Shown here in pieces: positions 39,694 through 49,252 of a DNA stretch of 64,000 bases. The DNA comes from Thermoanaerobaculia bacterium (GTDB lineage Bacteria; Acidobacteriota; Thermoanaerobaculia; Multivoradales; Multivoraceae): NCBI GenBank assembly GCA_965232105.1, contig OZ246956.1, forward strand, positions 4,596,408 to 4,660,407, given 5' to 3'. The stretch's first letter is position 1. Every line of letters starts with the position of its first letter. Both the position numbers and the translations under genes were made by a program. The notes under the pieces were generated by a model that worked only from the letters and a program-made list of their open reading frames with translations, was not told the origin of the DNA and did no database searches.

Positions 39694-40755
39694 ATGAGCT
39701 TCGAAGACCCCCGCTTTCCGGTTTCCGTCCGGAAGGATCTGACGACCGCGCTGCGCAGGTCGTGGGCCGACGTCGGCCGGCCCGGCGCCTGGTGGACCGG
39801 CCCTGAGCGCGTAGCCATCGCGGGTCTCGCGCGGGCCGAGCGCGTCCAGCGCAACGACCCGCCCTGGAGCCGCGACCGTTCGCAGCCGCTGCTGGCGCCG
39901 CTGCCTGAGAAAGCGATCGAGGCGGCGCGCAAGATCGGGGCGGATCCGACCCACCTCGACCGCGACTGGGCCGAAGCCACGATCGCCGGGCTCGGTGACG
40001 CGCTCTACGTCGAACTGGCCTCGGTCGTCGTGACGACGGTTGCCGCGGACGCCTTCTGCGAGGCAATGGGGATCGAGCACGAGCCTCTGCCCGAACCGGA
40101 GGCCGGCGAACCGACCCGGGAGCGCCCGGACGGCATGGGCGACATCGGCGCCTGGGTCCCGGTCCAGGTCGTCGACTGGAACCGGGCGAACGTCGCGCGT
40201 GCCCTGAGCCTGGTGCCGGAAGGCGTGCGCACCTTCTTCCGGATGGTCGCCGCCATGTACTCGGGAACGGCCACCGACTTCGAGAAAATGGTCTGGGACC
40301 ACCGGCCGCTATCCCGACCCCAGGTCGAGTTGCTGGCGGCGAGGGTTTCGGCCCTCAACCAGTGCTTCTACTGAACGACCGCGCACACCATGCTGCTCCG
40401 GGCGAGCAGCGACGCAGTCGGAGCGAAAGTCGACCTGAGCGCGGCGGTGGAAGATGCCGCTGACGGCGGCGTCGAGCACGGCGCGATCCTGACCGCCTTC
40501 GCGGAAGCCGTCGTCCGTGCCACGGACGAACTCGACGATGCCCGCGCACGCACCCTGGAAACCCTGGGCCCGGCAAAGTTCGTCGAAGCCGCCGCCACCG
40601 TCGGGATCTTCAACGGCCTCGTCCGCGTCGCCGACTCGACCGGCATCCCGAGCGACCCGATGACCCTGGAACGCACCGCCGACGTCCGTGGCGACCTCGG
40701 CTTCAATGACTGGGGCGGCGCCAGGTCATCCGGCGTCGCCGAGGCGCCCGCCTAG
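39694..40755 (+). CDS. AhpD/carboxymuconolactone-decarboxylase-like selenoprotein (Sec at TGA 40372-40374)
   Basis: LSRPQVELLAARVSALNQC-F-Y-TGA-TTAH continues in frame into the 40390-40755 ORF, rebuilding a CxxCxxxH-type motif; SECIS-like hairpin follows. Confidence 0.8.
40376..40420 (+). promoter_or_regulatory. Bacterial SECIS-like stem-loop
   Basis: Upper stem GCTGCTC/GAGCAGC (40392-40410), loop CGGGC starting 24 nt after UGA; lower stem CGAC.GCG/CGC.GTCG. Confidence 0.7.
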
Positions 40756-40764
40756 CGGCGCGAA

Positions 40765-42306
40765 CTAGCCCGCGAACTTCGGAACCGGCAGTTCCGCGAG
40801 GCGCCGGTGGCACATCTCGCAGCTCGACACGCCGCGGGCTTCGGCCGCGGGATCGAGTTCCTCGTCCACCCACCGCAGGAAGGAGCGATAGTTCCCGAAC
40901 ACGGTTTCGGACTTCGTACCGACCGCGCCAAGGTCGAAGTGGGGCGAGTCGACCTCGGCGGCGAACGGACAGGCGTGGAACCGGCCCTTCGTCGTCAGCA
41001 CCGGGAAGCACCGCACGCAGCGGGCGCCCATGCCGTGGTACTCCGACTCGCGATCCCGGTCGAACTCCTGCTCCGCCCCGCCTCCGGCGTGGAAGAGCAC
41101 CTTGTAACCCTGGAAGATGCGGTTCGGATTCTCGCGCGCCCAGTCCTCGAGGCGCTCCCGCGCATAGCGCGGCATCGGTTTGGCGTCGCGGCCGTGGTAG
41201 ATCGAGTAGTTGAGAACCGCTTCGCTCTTCGGGTCCGACTCGAGAATCGAGATCAGCTTCTCCGCCTGGATGCCGTTCGAAAACACGGTGATCAGGCCGG
41301 TGAAGCCACGCCCTCGCACGTAGCGCATCGCGGCGACGATCTCGGGCGTGTGCAGCGTGGGCTCGCCGCCGTAGAACTTCAGGTTGCCGTCGGCGGCCAG
41401 GGCGTCGAGCGCCTGGTCGAGCACCTCCGGCGTGTAGGCCTCGTACCACCCATTCGGCGAGCCCTGGATCGTGCACCAGGAACAGTCCCGGTTGCAGAAG
41501 TTGCCCTCGTAGAGGTGGAGTTCCCGCAGTTCGCCGTCCGCCTCGGCGAAGTGCTCCACCGGCTCATGGAACGTGATCGGGCCGATGTTCGGGTCACGGT
41601 GCGTGTCGTTCAGGCCCCAGTCGTAGGTGTTGTAGACGACTTCGTAAGCAGCGATCCGCTCTGCATCGAGGCCAGCGTGCTCGGCGACGAAACCCAGCAC
41701 GCCCCGCCGGTACTCCTCCGTCGAGCCGGCGCCGCCGGCGAAGTCCTCCGCGTACATCCGGAAGATGCGGGAGATGAAGATCTTCCCCGCCTCGTGGTCC
41801 ACCCGGCAGTTCCACGGGTTGGCCAGGAACGCCTCCGTCGCCTGGCGCAGCGTGTCGCGAAGACCTTCGCCGCGGTAGGCCGAGGGCCGCACCGCCGGAC
41901 AGCCGTTCGCGCCGCAGTTGATCGCGAAGTGAATCCGGGGCTCCGCGAAGTCCGAGCGCAGAATCTCGTGCTCGATGTCATCCAGACTGAGCGAGGCGCC
42001 GCCCGCGATGTGGCGGCGGCGCTGGAAGAACTGTCCGTTCCGCGTCTTCCAGACCGACCGGATCGGGTACTCGTCGACGATCGCGTCCAGGGTGAACGCG
42101 TTGTATGCGTTGATCCAGTACGCCAGCCCCTCCTCCTCGCTGCCGAAGAGTTCGGGACGGCTGTCCGGAGACGCCGCGCCGAGACCGACGACGAACTCCT
42201 TGAGCAGCCCGCGCCGCGCCGCGAGACGCTCGTAGTCGACCTTGCCGTCCTCGGCGACGACCTCGGCCAGCAGCCGGTCCCACGCGTCGTAGGAGAACGT
42301 GTCCAT
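40765..42306 (-). CDS. DUF547 - radical SAM fusion protein
   Basis: N-half: VDY, YWINAYNA, LDDIEH, PRIHFAINC...CP, YDWGLND; C-half: CNRDCSWC, GGEP, C-terminal CVRC...CPF...CEMC. Confidence 0.85.
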   Translation of the reverse strand: MDTFSYDAWDRLLAEVVAEDGKVDYERLAARRGLLKEFVVGLGAASPDSRPELFGSEEEGLAYWINAYNAFTLDAIVDEYPIRSVWKTRNGQFFQRRRHIAGGASLSLDDIEHEILRSDFAEPRIHFAINCGANGCPAVRPSAYRGEGLRDTLRQATEAFLANPWNCRVDHEAGKIFISRIFRMYAEDFAGGAGSTEEYRRGVLGFVAEHAGLDAERIAAYEVVYNTYDWGLNDTHRDPNIGPITFHEPVEHFAEADGELRELHLYEGNFCNRDCSWCTIQGSPNGWYEAYTPEVLDQALDALAADGNLKFYGGEPTLHTPEIVAAMRYVRGRGFTGLITVFSNGIQAEKLISILESDPKSEAVLNYSIYHGRDAKPMPRYARERLEDWARENPNRIFQGYKVLFHAGGGAEQEFDRDRESEYHGMGARCVRCFPVLTTKGRFHACPFAAEVDSPHFDLGAVGTKSETVFGNYRSFLRWVDEELDPAAEARGVSSCEMCHRRLAELPVPKFAG

Positions 42307-42320
42307 CAACGCCCTGGGAA

Positions 42321-43418
42321 CTACTCGAGCCCCCCGGAGCCCGTGCTGCCCGCCTCCGCCTTCTGCTCGTGGTACTCGCGCTCGAGCAACCGCGCGCCGC
42401 GCAGAATGCCGCCCATCGCGTAGTTGCCTTCGTGGCAGGCGTACTCGTAGTTCTGTTCGTCCGTCTGCGGCCAGATGAACTCGCCGCCGTAGGGCGCCGT
42501 GTAGTCCGGATCGTGGACCGTGAACTGGTACAGGAGCTCGTCCTTGCTCTGGCGCGTGAAGCGCTCGACAACCTTCAAGCCTTCGCGCGGCACACGGGGC
42601 GCGGCGAGGAAGTTCGTCGTCTCGACGACCAGGGTGTCACCTTCCCACCAGCCGATCGAGTCGCCGCCGAGCGAGCGCACGTCGGCCGGCGCTTGCTCCG
42701 CGTTCAGGCGCACCACCTTCGCCCAGTGCATCCATTCGACCAGGATGACCACATGGTCTTCGGTCTGCGTGATCGTCTTCATGTTGTTGTAGAGGATCGG
42801 CCGCGCCGGCGTGGCGGCCGCGCTGAGATACAGGCAGCGATCCAGCAGGGACAGCGTCTCGGGGCCGTCGTACGGATCATCGCCGGTCTCGATCCACCAC
42901 GCGGTTCCCGTGTTCTTGTAGGCATAGGGATGCAGGCCGGCGCGACGCGCCTTGCCCGCCTCCGAAACCGGCGGCATGCGGCCGTTCGGCGGATCCGTCA
43001 GGATCGAGGTCTGGAACTGGCCGTCGATCGCATGGCGCGTGCTGCCGCTGTCGGTCCAGAAGGCGTTGTAGCCGCCGACCGCGCCCGCGGGACCGCCGGA
43101 ACCGTCGCCTCCGGCCGGAGGCGCCGACCGGTTGGGGTCGCTGGCCGCGTTCGCTCTGGCCATCGCCGCCGCGGTCGCAGCCATGATCCGCTCCGCCTCC
43201 TCGACGCTCATGTACTTCTTGTCGCCGAAACGGGAATCCCGTTCGAACGGAGTCGAACTCGCGATGTTGTAGCGGCCGCTCAGGTCCGGCTTGCCGCTCG
43301 CGGTGCGCGGGATGCCGTCGCCGGCCGCCAGGGCCGGCGCCGCGACCAGCAGAGCGGCGCCAATGATCGAGAGGGCGCCAGGAATCGCGGGGATGGCAGT
43401 GAATCGTTCAGTACCCAT
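42321..43418 (-). CDS. Secreted uncharacterised protein, PDLxG...YACHEGN family
   Basis: PRTASGKPDLSG, TSILTDPPNGRMP, DRCL, EYACHEGN. Confidence 0.8.
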   Translation of the reverse strand: MGTERFTAIPAIPGALSIIGAALLVAAPALAAGDGIPRTASGKPDLSGRYNIASSTPFERDSRFGDKKYMSVEEAERIMAATAAAMARANAASDPNRSAPPAGGDGSGGPAGAVGGYNAFWTDSGSTRHAIDGQFQTSILTDPPNGRMPPVSEAGKARRAGLHPYAYKNTGTAWWIETGDDPYDGPETLSLLDRCLYLSAAATPARPILYNNMKTITQTEDHVVILVEWMHWAKVVRLNAEQAPADVRSLGGDSIGWWEGDTLVVETTNFLAAPRVPREGLKVVERFTRQSKDELLYQFTVHDPDYTAPYGGEFIWPQTDEQNYEYACHEGNYAMGGILRGARLLEREYHEQKAEAGSTGSGGLE

Positions 43419-43603
43419 GGAAGATGCCTCCGTTCGTTCGGCAGAAAGGGGCCGCGCCATGACGACGCAGGCTCAAGAGACAGGCACGAAGAGAGGCGTC
43501 GAGCCTACCCCACCGGACCCGGAGCGGACACCCCCGCTGGTAGAGTCCGAACCCGATCAGCAACCACCGATCATCAACCCGCAAGGGCGGGAGGGCGAAG
43601 CGT

Positions 43604-45244
43604 ATGAGGTTCCCGATCCACAGGCACCGGCGCCCACTCACGGCGCTCCTCGCGACCGCCGCACTTCTCGTCGCAACGGCCGCCGGCGCCGCAGAAACGC
43701 CCACGTTCAGCGGCGACGTCGCGCCGATCCTGTTCGAGAAGTGCGTCCAGTGCCACCGGCCGAACCAGGCGGCGCCGATGTCCCTGCTCTCGTACCGCGA
43801 GGCGAGGCCCTGGGCCCGTGGGATGGCGCGCGCGGTCGAAAACGGCGACATGCCGCCCTGGAGCGGCGAGTCCGAGCACGTCGTCTTTCGCAACGACCTC
43901 TCCCTCTCCGCCGAGCAGGTCGCCACGATCGTCGACTGGGCGGCTGGCGGCGCGCCCGAGGGAGACCCCGCCGACCTGCCGCCGACCCCGACCTTCTCCG
44001 AGGGCTGGACCCTGGGCGAACCGGACTACGTGCTCACGCTCGACCGGGTCGACGTACCGGCCGACGGCCCTGACCTCTTCCCCAAGCAGCGGATCGCGCT
44101 CGACCTGGGCGAGGAGCGGTGGGTGCAGGCGATCGAGTTCCTCCCCGGCGACCGCCGCGCAACCCACCACTTTCAGGCCTCCTACACGACGCCGCGGCGC
44201 GCCAGCGACGGAACGATCGGCGCCGGCGCGAGGGTGAGCGAGGGCGCCGCCGGCAGCGGCGTGTTCGGGATCTGGACCGCGGGCATGCCGCCCTACGTGT
44301 TCCCCGAGGGCACGGGCCGCGTTCTGGGCCCGGGCACGACGATCACGATGGACTCGCACTACCACCCGTTCGGCGAAGCGACGTCGGATGTGACCCGCAT
44401 CGGCATTCACTTCGGCGAAGGCGAACTGAAGCGGGAGGTGGCGACCGTCTCGGTCGCGAACACCGGCATCCGGATTCCGGCGGGCGCCGGTCACCACGCC
44501 GAGGAAGGCTTCTTCCAACCGGACGAGGACATGCAGATCCTCGCTTTCAGCCCCCACATGCACGTGCGCGGCAAAGCGATGACCTACCGCATCGTCCACG
44601 CCGACGGGTCCACCGAGACGCTGCTCGACGTGCCGAAGTACGACTACAACTGGCAGTGGCTCTACTACCCCACCGAGCCGGTCGATCTGCCGGCCTCGAG
44701 CCGGATCGAGGTCACGGCGGTCTGGGACAACTCGGAGGACAACCCGGCCAACCCCGACCCGACGCGCGAGATCATCTACCGGGGCGACGTATGGGGCGAG
44801 ATGTTCGTGGGCTTCATGGAGGTCGTCCGCAAGGAGGGCGGCTACCACAGGCCGAAGAAGAACGTCGACAAGTTGCAGGACCTGATCGCACGACACCCCG
44901 GAGGTACGTCCTTCCTGACCGACGGATTCCTGTCCGTTGCTTTCTGGGCGCCGCGCGATGGCGAGGGCATCCTCTACGTGGTGACCGGGCTGCAGATGTT
45001 CACGATCACCCTCGACGACATCGCCTGGTCCGGCGACCGTCTGCGGATCAAGACGCACTTCCCCACCCCGGAGGCATCGGCCATCACGACGGTGATCGAC
45101 GGCGAACTCGATGCGGAGGGAGTGCTCCAGGGCACGATCACGCTGGGCGCCGACACCGAGCGGCCCTTCGAGATGAAGATGGTCGGCCAGCCCGCGGGCC
45201 GGGCGCCGTCTACCGAGGCCGCCGGGGCCGCTGCCGGAGAGTGA
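43604..45244 (+). CDS. Cytochrome c - copper type II (PHM/DBH-like) monooxygenase fusion with extra C-terminal domain
   Basis: PTFSGDVAPIL..CVQCH, MPPW, HH, HYH, PHMH, YDYNWQ, GEM. Confidence 0.8.
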   Translation: MRFPIHRHRRPLTALLATAALLVATAAGAAETPTFSGDVAPILFEKCVQCHRPNQAAPMSLLSYREARPWARGMARAVENGDMPPWSGESEHVVFRNDLSLSAEQVATIVDWAAGGAPEGDPADLPPTPTFSEGWTLGEPDYVLTLDRVDVPADGPDLFPKQRIALDLGEERWVQAIEFLPGDRRATHHFQASYTTPRRASDGTIGAGARVSEGAAGSGVFGIWTAGMPPYVFPEGTGRVLGPGTTITMDSHYHPFGEATSDVTRIGIHFGEGELKREVATVSVANTGIRIPAGAGHHAEEGFFQPDEDMQILAFSPHMHVRGKAMTYRIVHADGSTETLLDVPKYDYNWQWLYYPTEPVDLPASSRIEVTAVWDNSEDNPANPDPTREIIYRGDVWGEMFVGFMEVVRKEGGYHRPKKNVDKLQDLIARHPGGTSFLTDGFLSVAFWAPRDGEGILYVVTGLQMFTITLDDIAWSGDRLRIKTHFPTPEASAITTVIDGELDAEGVLQGTITLGADTERPFEMKMVGQPAGRAPSTEAAGAAAGE

Positions 45245-45777
45245 CGACGGCCCTCCTCCCGAGCACCGGACCTCGGCGGCGCCTCGTCGCCCTGTTGCTG
45301 GCGGCGCCGCTGGCACTGCACTGCGGCGGATCGAGCATGTCCCAGCTCAAGGCGCTGGTGCGCGCGAGCTTTCCCGGCGTGCCCCAGATGAGCATCGAGG
45401 AACTCGACCGGCGGCTGGGCGAGGATCCGCGGCCCCTCGTGATCGACGTCCGGGAACCGTTCGAGTACGAAGTGAGCCACCTGCCCGGCGCCGTCCATGC
45501 CCAGGGCAAGGACATCGCGGAGGTGATCGCGGAGGCCGAACCGGAGCGGCCGGTCGTCCTCTACTGTTCCGTCGGCTACCGTTCGTCTGCGGCGGTCGCC
45601 GATCTGATCCAGTTGAACGACCCGGGCCTCTACGACCGGCTCTGGAACCTGGAAGGCTCGATCTTCGAGTGGGCCAACTCGGGCCGCCCCGTGTACCGGG
45701 GCCGGGAGGAGGTCGACCGCGTTCACCCCTACGGTGAACAGTGGGGCAAGCTGCTCGAGCCGCACCTGCGGCCCTGA
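45241..45777 (+). CDS. Rhodanese-like domain lipoprotein
   Basis: GTGA overlap with upstream stop; IDVREPFEYEVSHLPGA, YCSVGYRS, LEGSIFEW. Confidence 0.85.
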   Translation: MTTALLPSTGPRRRLVALLLAAPLALHCGGSSMSQLKALVRASFPGVPQMSIEELDRRLGEDPRPLVIDVREPFEYEVSHLPGAVHAQGKDIAEVIAEAEPERPVVLYCSVGYRSSAAVADLIQLNDPGLYDRLWNLEGSIFEWANSGRPVYRGREEVDRVHPYGEQWGKLLEPHLRP

Positions 45778-45859
45778 CAGGCCGCCACCGACGACCGCCC
45801 GAAAACGGGAAACCCGAATGGACTCCTGTCGTAGGCAGTACCGGCACGAGGAGGCTGTC

Positions 45860-48277
45860 ATGAGTTGGACGAAGTTCTCGGGCCTCTCCCTGGTCTGCAC
45901 TATGGCCATCCTCTGGTGCGGAATCCGTACTCCGGCCGGGGCCCAGGAAACGCGATCGGAGGAAGTCGAGGCGCCCGGCCAGACCTTCTCCGAGGAGCTT
46001 ACCGTGACGGCCCGCAAGCGCGAGGAGAACCTCCAGGAGGTTCCCTTCTCCGTCGTCGCGCCCAGCGAAGACGTGCTGCGCAACCGCGGCGCCTCCAACC
46101 TGGAGGAGATCGCGGCCAACGTGGCCGGGTTCACCGTGCAGAACCTCGGCCCCGGCCAGAGCCAGGTCGCGATGCGCGGCGTCGCCGCGGGACAGATCGT
46201 CCGCGACCAGCCGGGTGTCAAGGAGCAGGTGGGCATCTACCTCGACGAGTCGGTCATCTCGCTGTCGCTCTTTGTGCCGGACATCGACCTGTTCGACATG
46301 TCGCGGATCGAAGTCCTGCGCGGGCCCCAGGGCACCCTGTTCGGCTCCGGGTCGCTCGCGGGCACCGTCCGCTACATCACGAACCAGCCGCAGGTCGGCG
46401 TCTCGGAAGGGTTCGGCCAGTTCTCCCTCAACTCGGTCGGTGACGGTGGCAACGGCGGCAGCGCGAAGGTCGCGGTCAACGTTCCCGTCGGCGACACGTC
46501 GGCGATGCGGATCACGGCCTACCACACGACCTTCGGCGGTTTCATGGACGCCGTGCAGCCAGACCTGAGCGTCGACGAGAACGTGAACTCCGGCGAGCGG
46601 ACCGGCGCCCGCTGGGCCATGCGCTTCGAGCCCGGCGAAAACGTGACGGTCACTCCGCGCCTCCTCTACCAGGAACTCAAGATGGACGGCTGGAACCGCA
46701 TCGACGACTTCAACATCCTCGCCAACCCCTACACGACGACCCGACCGGCGGTGGACCTCGGCGAGCGCCAACTCTTCACGCAGTTCGAGGAGCCCTACAC
46801 GGACGAGTTCCTGCTCGCCGACGTGAAGGTCGAGATCGGCTTGCCCGACGGCTACTACTTCACCTCGATCACGTCGGCGACCGACCGCGACGTGCTCGTC
46901 GTGCGAGACTCGACCGCCCTCTTCGCCAGCGTCGCCGGGGCAACGATCGGCCTTCCGGAGCCGATCTACACACTCGACGCACCGCTGATCGACGCGACGA
47001 CCGCGACCGGCCTGACCCAGGAACTGCGGCTCGCCAGCGGCGACGAGTTCACGCACTGGGTCCTCGGCCTGTTCTACAGCAGCAGTGAACGGGACTACGG
47101 CCAGAGCCTGCCGGTCACGGGCTTCGAGGCTCTGAGCGGAATCCCCACCGCGGGCGCCTTCGGCGCCGCCACCGACGAGTTGTTCTACTCCGACCTCAGC
47201 TACGAGTTCGAACAGACAGCAGCGTTCTTCGAGATCACCTGGACCGCCAGCGAGAGAGTCGACCTGACGGCGGGCGCGCGCTGGTACGACTACGAGGAGA
47301 CCCGCAGCCAGGTCTTCGACGGCCTGTTCGCCGATCCGGGACCAACGGTTGGCGAAACCGGCGCGGACGGCATCGCTCCCCGCTTCATCGCCAGCTTCCA
47401 GGCCAGCGAGAACACGCGACTCAACGCCCAGGTCTCCAAGGGGTTCCGGCTCGGCGGCATCAACGATCCGCTCAACACACCCGTCTGCTCGCCGGAAGAT
47501 CTCGTGACGTTCAGCGGCCGCGACAGTTGGGACGACGAGGAACTCTGGAACGTCGAGGTCGGATCGAAATCCACGATCCTGGGCGGCCGCGGCACCTTCA
47601 ACGTCGCCGCCTTCACGATGGACATCGCGGACCTGCAGACGACCGTCACCGCGGGATCCTGTTCGTCGAGGCTCGTCTTCAACGTTCCGAGCGCCCGCAG
47701 CACCGGCCTCGAACTCGAGCTGACGGCTCAGCCCACGGGCGCCTTCGACTTCGCCATCTCCGCCAGCTACGCGGACTCCCAACTCGGGTCGACTCTGACC
47801 TCGACGGCGCCGGACGGCACGACCAGCGTCGTGTCCGGCATCGAGAAGGGCAATCGGCTGCCGACGGTGCCGGAGTTCCAGGCCGCGGTCGCGGCGACTT
47901 ACCGCTGGGAGGCCGGCGACTGGGGCGGCTACCTCTCCGCTGTGTTCCAGCACGTCGGTTCCCGCTACACCCAGATCGGCGACCATGCCCCCGGCTTCGG
48001 CACCGTGGACCTGTTGGCTCTCTCCGCCACGAACCCGGTCGGCGGTCCCCTGACGGGGTCCGTGTTCCGGTTCGATCCCGAACTGCCGGCCTACGACCTC
48101 CTGAACCTGCGGCTCGGCTTCCTCAACGAGCGTTGGGACGTCGCGCTGTTCGTCAACAACGCGCTCGACGAGCGGGCGTTGCTGGCCCTCGACCAGGAGC
48201 GCGGGACGCTTGCCCGGGTCGGCTACCTGACGAACCCTCCTCGGACGATCGGCATCTCGAGCCGCATCAACTTCTGA
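45860..48277 (+). CDS. TonB-dependent receptor
   Basis: LTVTARKREE, RIEVLRGPQGTLFG, terminal Phe; GAGGAGG RBS. Confidence 0.95.
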   Translation: MSWTKFSGLSLVCTMAILWCGIRTPAGAQETRSEEVEAPGQTFSEELTVTARKREENLQEVPFSVVAPSEDVLRNRGASNLEEIAANVAGFTVQNLGPGQSQVAMRGVAAGQIVRDQPGVKEQVGIYLDESVISLSLFVPDIDLFDMSRIEVLRGPQGTLFGSGSLAGTVRYITNQPQVGVSEGFGQFSLNSVGDGGNGGSAKVAVNVPVGDTSAMRITAYHTTFGGFMDAVQPDLSVDENVNSGERTGARWAMRFEPGENVTVTPRLLYQELKMDGWNRIDDFNILANPYTTTRPAVDLGERQLFTQFEEPYTDEFLLADVKVEIGLPDGYYFTSITSATDRDVLVVRDSTALFASVAGATIGLPEPIYTLDAPLIDATTATGLTQELRLASGDEFTHWVLGLFYSSSERDYGQSLPVTGFEALSGIPTAGAFGAATDELFYSDLSYEFEQTAAFFEITWTASERVDLTAGARWYDYEETRSQVFDGLFADPGPTVGETGADGIAPRFIASFQASENTRLNAQVSKGFRLGGINDPLNTPVCSPEDLVTFSGRDSWDDEELWNVEVGSKSTILGGRGTFNVAAFTMDIADLQTTVTAGSCSSRLVFNVPSARSTGLELELTAQPTGAFDFAISASYADSQLGSTLTSTAPDGTTSVVSGIEKGNRLPTVPEFQAAVAATYRWEAGDWGGYLSAVFQHVGSRYTQIGDHAPGFGTVDLLALSATNPVGGPLTGSVFRFDPELPAYDLLNLRLGFLNERWDVALFVNNALDERALLALDQERGTLARVGYLTNPPRTIGISSRINF

Positions 48278-48348
48278 TGCAGCACCAGAAAGGCCCGCGC
48301 TTCAGGCCGGCGTAAGCAGCCGAATCAGCTTCCAGACCCTGCCACTGC

Positions 48349-49230
48349 TCAGTGCATATCGGGCTGCGCCGTGCTCGTGAGCACGCCTGTAGCAACCAGG
48401 ACTAGCACGGCGAACACGACTTCCAGGGCCACGGTCCTCGGCAAGGGGTCCGTGTGCGAGTCGGGCCGGAAGTGCATCGAAACCGAGTTCGCGGCGCCGT
48501 AACCGAGCACGAGCACGCTCAGTCCGACCTTCGCCAGGACGATCTGGCCGTATGGCTCCATCCACAGCGTCTCCCAGGCCGGCAGGTAGCGGAACGCAAG
48601 CAGCGCACCGCTTGCCACGAGCAGTGAGGCGGCGGCAACCGCCAGGGGTGAGAAGGAGCGCAGCCAGTAGCGCCGTATCGATGCCGACTCCGCCCGAGAG
48701 GTACCGCCGAAGCCCAACGGCACAAGGAGCACAACAACCAGGGTGCCGATCCAGAACCCGGCGGCCAGAATGTGCACGCTCTGGGCAGTCCAGGCCAGCG
48801 AGTCGCCGTACGCGTGGCCCGTCATCGGCAATGCGGCGGCCACACCGAACGCGCCGACCCAGGCGAGCGAACCGCCGAGAACGGGACTCCTCAGGGCGAT
48901 GAACATGCCGATCGTCGTCGATGCGGCGGCTGCCGCCTGCCACTGCCACCTCATCCCCCACCGGCTCTCGATCGCCACTGTCCGCAGACCCTCGAAAGAC
49001 AGCCCCTCGATCGGCCCCCAGACCTCGATCGACTGGAAGACGCACCGGAGCAACAGCGCCGCAAGCAGCACGAGGGACGACAACCAGCCCAGACTTCCCA
49101 GACCGACTCGAGGATCCCGGACCGAGAGCGCGGCTCCCGGGGCAGCGACCAGGAGGCGGAGGCCCAGGACGCCGTAGACCAGCAGAAGCGGCAGGTAGAC
49201 CGACCAGCGGCCAGCCATCTCCCAGCTCAT
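48349..49230 (-). CDS. copD: CopD-family copper transport membrane protein
   Basis: TGHA, HILAAGFWIG, YGQIVLAK; directly downstream of copC. Confidence 0.8.
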   Translation of the reverse strand: MSWEMAGRWSVYLPLLLVYGVLGLRLLVAAPGAALSVRDPRVGLGSLGWLSSLVLLAALLLRCVFQSIEVWGPIEGLSFEGLRTVAIESRWGMRWQWQAAAAASTTIGMFIALRSPVLGGSLAWVGAFGVAAALPMTGHAYGDSLAWTAQSVHILAAGFWIGTLVVVLLVPLGFGGTSRAESASIRRYWLRSFSPLAVAAASLLVASGALLAFRYLPAWETLWMEPYGQIVLAKVGLSVLVLGYGAANSVSMHFRPDSHTDPLPRTVALEVVFAVLVLVATGVLTSTAQPDMH

Positions 49231-49252
49231 TGCCGGAAAGGCTGCCAGCGGA

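Noticed and set aside
40805-40825. CEMCH as a heme c site in the radical SAM fusion
   Set aside because: No export signal; Fe-S ligation is more plausible
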